Origin: Somniosus microcephalus
Taxonomy: Eukaryota
Length of the DNA stretch: 64,000 nucleotides
Direction of reading: 5' to 3'
NCBI GenBank assembly: GCA_052327205.1
Contig: CM126208.1
Location: 143,158,001-143,222,000 of the forward strand
Below are positions 59,564-64,000 of the stretch, piece by piece; the first letter of the stretch is position 1, and each line of letters starts with the position of its first letter. The notes beneath the pieces were generated by a model that ran no database searches, was not told where the DNA came from, and worked only from the letters and a program-made list of their open reading frames with translations. Position numbers and translations under genes: made by a program.

Positions 59564-61411
59564 TAATTTGACCGAGTGTGGCAAAATTTAAGTCAGTGGG
59601 AATCAAGGGGAAAACTCTCCACTGGCTGAGGTCATACCTAGCACAAAGGAAGAAGGTTGTGGTTGTTGGAGGTCAATCATTTCAGCCCCAGGACATCGCT
59701 GCAGGAGTTCCTCAGGGCAGTGTCCTAGGCCCAACCATCTTCAGCTGCTTCATCAATGGCCTTCCCTCCATCATAAGGTCAGAAGTGGGGATGATCACTG
59801 ATGATTGCACAGTGTTCAGTTCAATTCGCAAGTTGTCAGATAGTGAAGCAGTCTGTGCCCGCATGCAGCAAGACCTCAACAATATTCAGGCTTTGGCTGA
59901 TAAGTGGCAAGTAACATTCGTGACATACAAGAGCCAAGCAATGACCATCTCCAACAAAAGAGAGTCTAACCACCTCCCCTTGACATTCAACGACATTCGT
60001 ATTGTCGAATCCCACACCATCAACATCCTGGTCACCATTGACCAGAAACTTAACTCAACCAGCCACATAAATACTGTGGCTGCAAGAACAGATCAGAGGC
60101 TGGGTATTCTGCGGTGAGTGTCTCATCTCCTGACTCCCCAAAGCCTTTCCACCATCTACAAGGCACAAGTCATGAGTGTGATGGAATACTCTCCACTTGC
60201 CTGGACGAGTGCAGCTCCAACAACACTCAAGAAGCTCAAAACCATCCAAGACAAAGCAGCCCACTTGATTGGCACCCCATCCACCTCCTTAAACATTCAC
60301 TCCCTCCACCACTGGCGCAATGTGGCTGCCATGTGTACCATCTACAAGATGTACAGCAGCAACCTGCCAAGGCTTCTTCGACAGCACTTCCCAACCTGCG
60401 ACTTCTAACAACTAGAAGGACAAGGGCAGCAGGCATATGGGAACACCACCACCTCCAACTTCCCCTCCAAGTCTCGCACCATCCTGATTTGGAAATATAT
60501 CGCCATTCCTTCATCATCACTGGGTCAAAATTCTGGAACTCCCTCCCTAACAGCACTGTGGGAGTACCTTCAACACACGGATTGCAGTGGTTTAAGAAGG
60601 TGGCGCACCACCTCCTTCTCAAGGGCAATTAGGGATGGGCAATAATGCTTTCCTTGTCAGCGACACCCACATCCTGTAAATGAATTTAAAAACAATTCTA
60701 TGAATACCAGATCCCCGATTGTAATCTTCCCACAGTGCCCGACAAGAACGAGTTGTGTGGGGTGCTAAAATGCTTATAGCGACCTACTCACCTGAAACTC
60801 GCTGGCCTTGCACCGCATGCCATTTAGCAGGTGCATTCTGGCTAGCCAGTGAGGCCTTTGAATCAGTAATGGTGTAATTTAGACTCTGGCTATAGATTAA
60901 CCCTTGGCAGCCATGTTCGGCTCCCGGTGCTGGCCTCACCAGGAGCACTGGGTACAAAGGAACAGCTGGCCCAGAAGAGGGCTGAAAAGCCAATTAACTT
61001 AAGAAAAAACTGTTTCCTTGTGGGCCAGGCGGAGCATTTTCCTCTGGGCCCCACAAGTAAACCTAGGGCCCAGGCTTCCCTCCCTTGACCGCGATAGGCT
61101 ACCCCAGTCCCCACCCCCGACCATTTATCTGACTGCTTGGATCATTCCTGCAGGACCCCGGCCACAGCCTCCTGTTGCACCTAGCCAACTCCCGCCTGCC
61201 AGTCTGATCTCATTGATGCCTGGTTTTATTGGGAGTTGGGCCTATTTAAATAAGACCCAAGAGATAAAATTACCTGGGCCTCATGTCGGCGAGTCGAGGC
61301 TTGAAAGTTTTGAAATGTCCCAACTTTCTAAGCCTTTGAGAGTGTTTATCTTTGCCTGCATCTCCAAGAAAGAGATATTTAAGAGGCACAGGTTAGCTAA
61401 CAACTTACCCT

Positions 61412-61593
61412 GGGGGGTAATTTTAACCTATCCCATGCATAGGAAACAGGATCAGCTGCCCCTTTCACACCCTGCACAATTTTACTCCAACTGACTTGAA
61501 ATTAAATATAAAATCAGGCAGGGTATAATATTGGTGGCCATTTTCATCCCCTCAGTTTCCTGCTGGGTGGGTTAGACTAAAATAACACCCCCC
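61412..61593. mobile_element. Small degenerate MITE related to 44008-44211
   Basis: GGGGTAATTTTA / TAAAATAACACCCC ends and a shared internal ATTTT..TCCA.TGACTT motif. Confidence 0.4.
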
Positions 61594-63662
61594 ATTTGGT
61601 AATGTTTATTATATTAGGAAATGGTTTATCTCATGCTGCCATAAGGTTTCCATTCAATCTCTGAAAGTGAAGACTCACAATAGACCTGGTTTGAAGCATA
61701 AAGTTTGAAGCAAATTTAAGAAATAAATGATGAACAAGTTAATGCATTAACAGTGATATAATAGTGATAAGTGGACTGTAGGACTATCATGTAACCTTTT
61801 CAGTATGGTCTCCTCCTTTAAGACTCTGTTTGAAAGCCATGCCTCACCAAGCAGTCTTAATACAAAGACTTACTCCTTACAAACTAAACCAAGCAGGGCC
61901 CCTAAAATCCATGGGGATGAAATCAGTAGTTACGCTGGGATCATGCCTCTGGGATCTACCACTGACCCTGACAAAGTTCATGGTGTCAGAAAGGGGCCTT
62001 CAGGAGTGGCCTTTTTCAGGGGAGGGGTGCATCTACGGTGCCCCTTCCTGCTGAAGACCTTGGAAATGCCAATGGTAGCTGATTAGCCCAGTAGGGGAGG
62101 GGGAAAGGTCTGAGGCTTTAAAACACCCCCCCAAAAACATTCTGCCCCCCCTCATCTCCGGGGGTCCCACTTCTGCTCCTTTTGATCAGGTATATCTGGT
62201 GAGATCAGCATATCTATGTCGATCATACGCTGGGCCTGGACTAAGGGCCAAGGACTGGGAGCTCCCAACTTATATTTGAAAACTGTGTCAGTGATTCCCT
62301 CCAAAACTTTTACAATATTGCATCAAAAGATTAAGGACCCAATATTCCGACCGGGCCCTGGGCACAAACCTAGAAAAACTGCTGGATAAGAGCTGGAAAA
62401 TGGGGAGGAGTCTGATTGCGTTGACCCATTTTCTGGTTTGCGGGGGGTGGTGAAGGTGGGGCATGAGCAAATTTTTGTTGGATATTTTCTGGGCCTGGCC
62501 TGTTTCACTCTGAAATTTTGGCTGGCAGTTTGGGGCAGGTGCAGCTAATATTTCAACCCTGACCATGCCGCTGACCCTGTCCCTGCAATTTGGGATGGCA
62601 TTGGCGCCCTTTGGAGTCAGCAGATTTAGGCTTCACTCTACCATTCAACCAGTGGAGTAGGGCCAATTAAATTTTGACCCCTGTTTTCTGACAGTTTAGT
62701 ACCTTCTGTACACATCTAAAATTTACAGAGACAGCTACCGGAACAATGTCAGGCAAAAATAGGATCTTTTCATCACAATCACCTTTGGCCCACTCACGTA
62801 TTGGTACAGAGCAGCACAGAGCAGCCTAGGAGTAGATCACCTGGTTGATCTTTCACTTATGTTCCAGGGAGACTGGGAAATGGGGAGAAAGATAGAGTAG
62901 ACCTCACTCTAAAAAAAATAATTTGTCAGATATTGGGCTAGATTCGCCTCTGCAATCCCACCTGAAATCGGGTAGGCCAGCAGTGGAAAATGAGGGAAAA
63001 TTTGGGTGGTGAGGCCTACGCCACCTTATTGTTGAACTTGCATTTCCCTCCTCTCACTCACACCGGGACCCCTGCTGCTGGCTACTCCTTTTCTGACAGG
63101 AGAGTGGGGCCCGGGTCCCCAGCAGATTTCCCTCTTATACAACCGTAATACCAATGCTTCCCATGGCTGCCATTTGGAAGATGGCAGTGGTGGAGATATT
63201 CCTGGTGTCCTGGCCAATATATATCCCTCAACCAACATAACAAAAACAGCATTAAAAGCCCTGAGGTGCCCCCATGGAGTGAGAGAGCCTTGTAGTGGCC
63301 TCCTCTCCCTTCAATCCACCCTCAGACCTTAACTTCCGAAGGCCCTGGTCTCAGCAAGACCTTCAGTGGGACATGGATTCCGTTCTTCGAGCATTTCTGT
63401 TCTTTACTGCCTCTCCTGACTCTTCTGGTGCTGCACTAGTGGTCATGCTCAAGCAGCAGCTGAATTTCCCTGTTCTGCAGGGCGGGCTCCCTCTTGGTGG
63501 CTGCAATTCTATGGGCAGCCCGCCCTGTATATGAAGTGACCCCTGAACCAGGGTCTGGTAGTGTCAGGGGGCAGGTGGAAGGCCCGCCCCTCTGGAACAC
63601 CACCGCTGGGGGGAGAGTCCTGGCCATTGCATCATAAGGAGCGAGTGTTCTGCTAAGACAAT

Positions 63663-64000
63663 GAAAAGAAAGACTTGCATTTATATAGCGCCTTTCATGA
63701 CCACCGGACGTCTTAAAACGCTTTACAGCCAATGGAGTACTTTTGAAGTGGAGTCACTGTTGTAATGTGGGAAACACAGCAGCCAATTTGCACACAGCAA
63801 GCTCCCACAAACAGCAATGTGATAATGACCAGATAATCAGTTTTTGTTATGTTGGTTGAGGGATATATATTGGCCAGGACACCAGGGATAACTCCCCTGC
63901 TCTTCTTCAAAATAGTGCTATGGGATCTTTTACGTCCACCTGAGAGAGCAGATGGGGCCTCGGTTTAACGTCTCATCCGAAAGAGGGCACCTCCGACAGT
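63663..64000 (-). mobile_element. Deu-domain SINE, continuing past the window end
   Basis: Highly similar to 58815-59150. Confidence 0.85.

Larger units (their letters stand above)
57711..60692 (+). mobile_element. Second non-LTR LINE family (CR1/L2 group) with a tRNA-like 5' head, internally deleted, in two parts (57711-58503, 59565-60692)
   Basis: B-box GAGTTCAAATCC; KQQPDIV, NYRPISLLSIISKV, GVPQGSVLGP, TDDCT, YKAQVMSVMEYS; distinct 3' end. Confidence 0.75.

Noticed and set aside
60700-63650. Short ORFs and possible further MITE ends
   Set aside because: No recognisable domains, and TIR pairs could not be matched confidently apart from 61412-61593.

Overview
This is eukaryotic, repeat-dominated DNA, almost certainly from a cartilaginous fish (shark or ray). 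The evidence is a complete HE1-type V-SINE, several Deu-domain SINEs and many CR1 and L2 LINE fragments. No intact host gene, rRNA, true tRNA or CRISPR array is supportable. The window holds three full-length but decayed two-gene PIF/Harbinger DNA transposons, each with a DDE transposase and a convergent spliced Myb/SANT gene. It also holds about ten non-autonomous Harbinger derivatives or MITEs, two young full-length Mag-like Ty3/Gypsy LTR retrotransposons, a solo LTR and a Tigger/pogo MITE with a minisatellite. The most notable observations are these. (1) Both Gypsy proviruses lie inside two inverted copies of the same Harbinger family and carry complementary point lesions: RT YLDD>YLDN in one, a stop in gag in the other. 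(2) One Gypsy has non-canonical TG...TA LTR ends. (3) There is a five-layer nested insertion at 24-37 kb. (4) Harbingers repeatedly sit in CR1 3' tails. (5) One LINE begins with a tRNA-like head. (6) There is a possible 35-nt host micro-exon. I cannot demonstrate a genuinely new biological system from sequence alone; these are candidates. Family names come from recall of consensus sequences, not from database searches.
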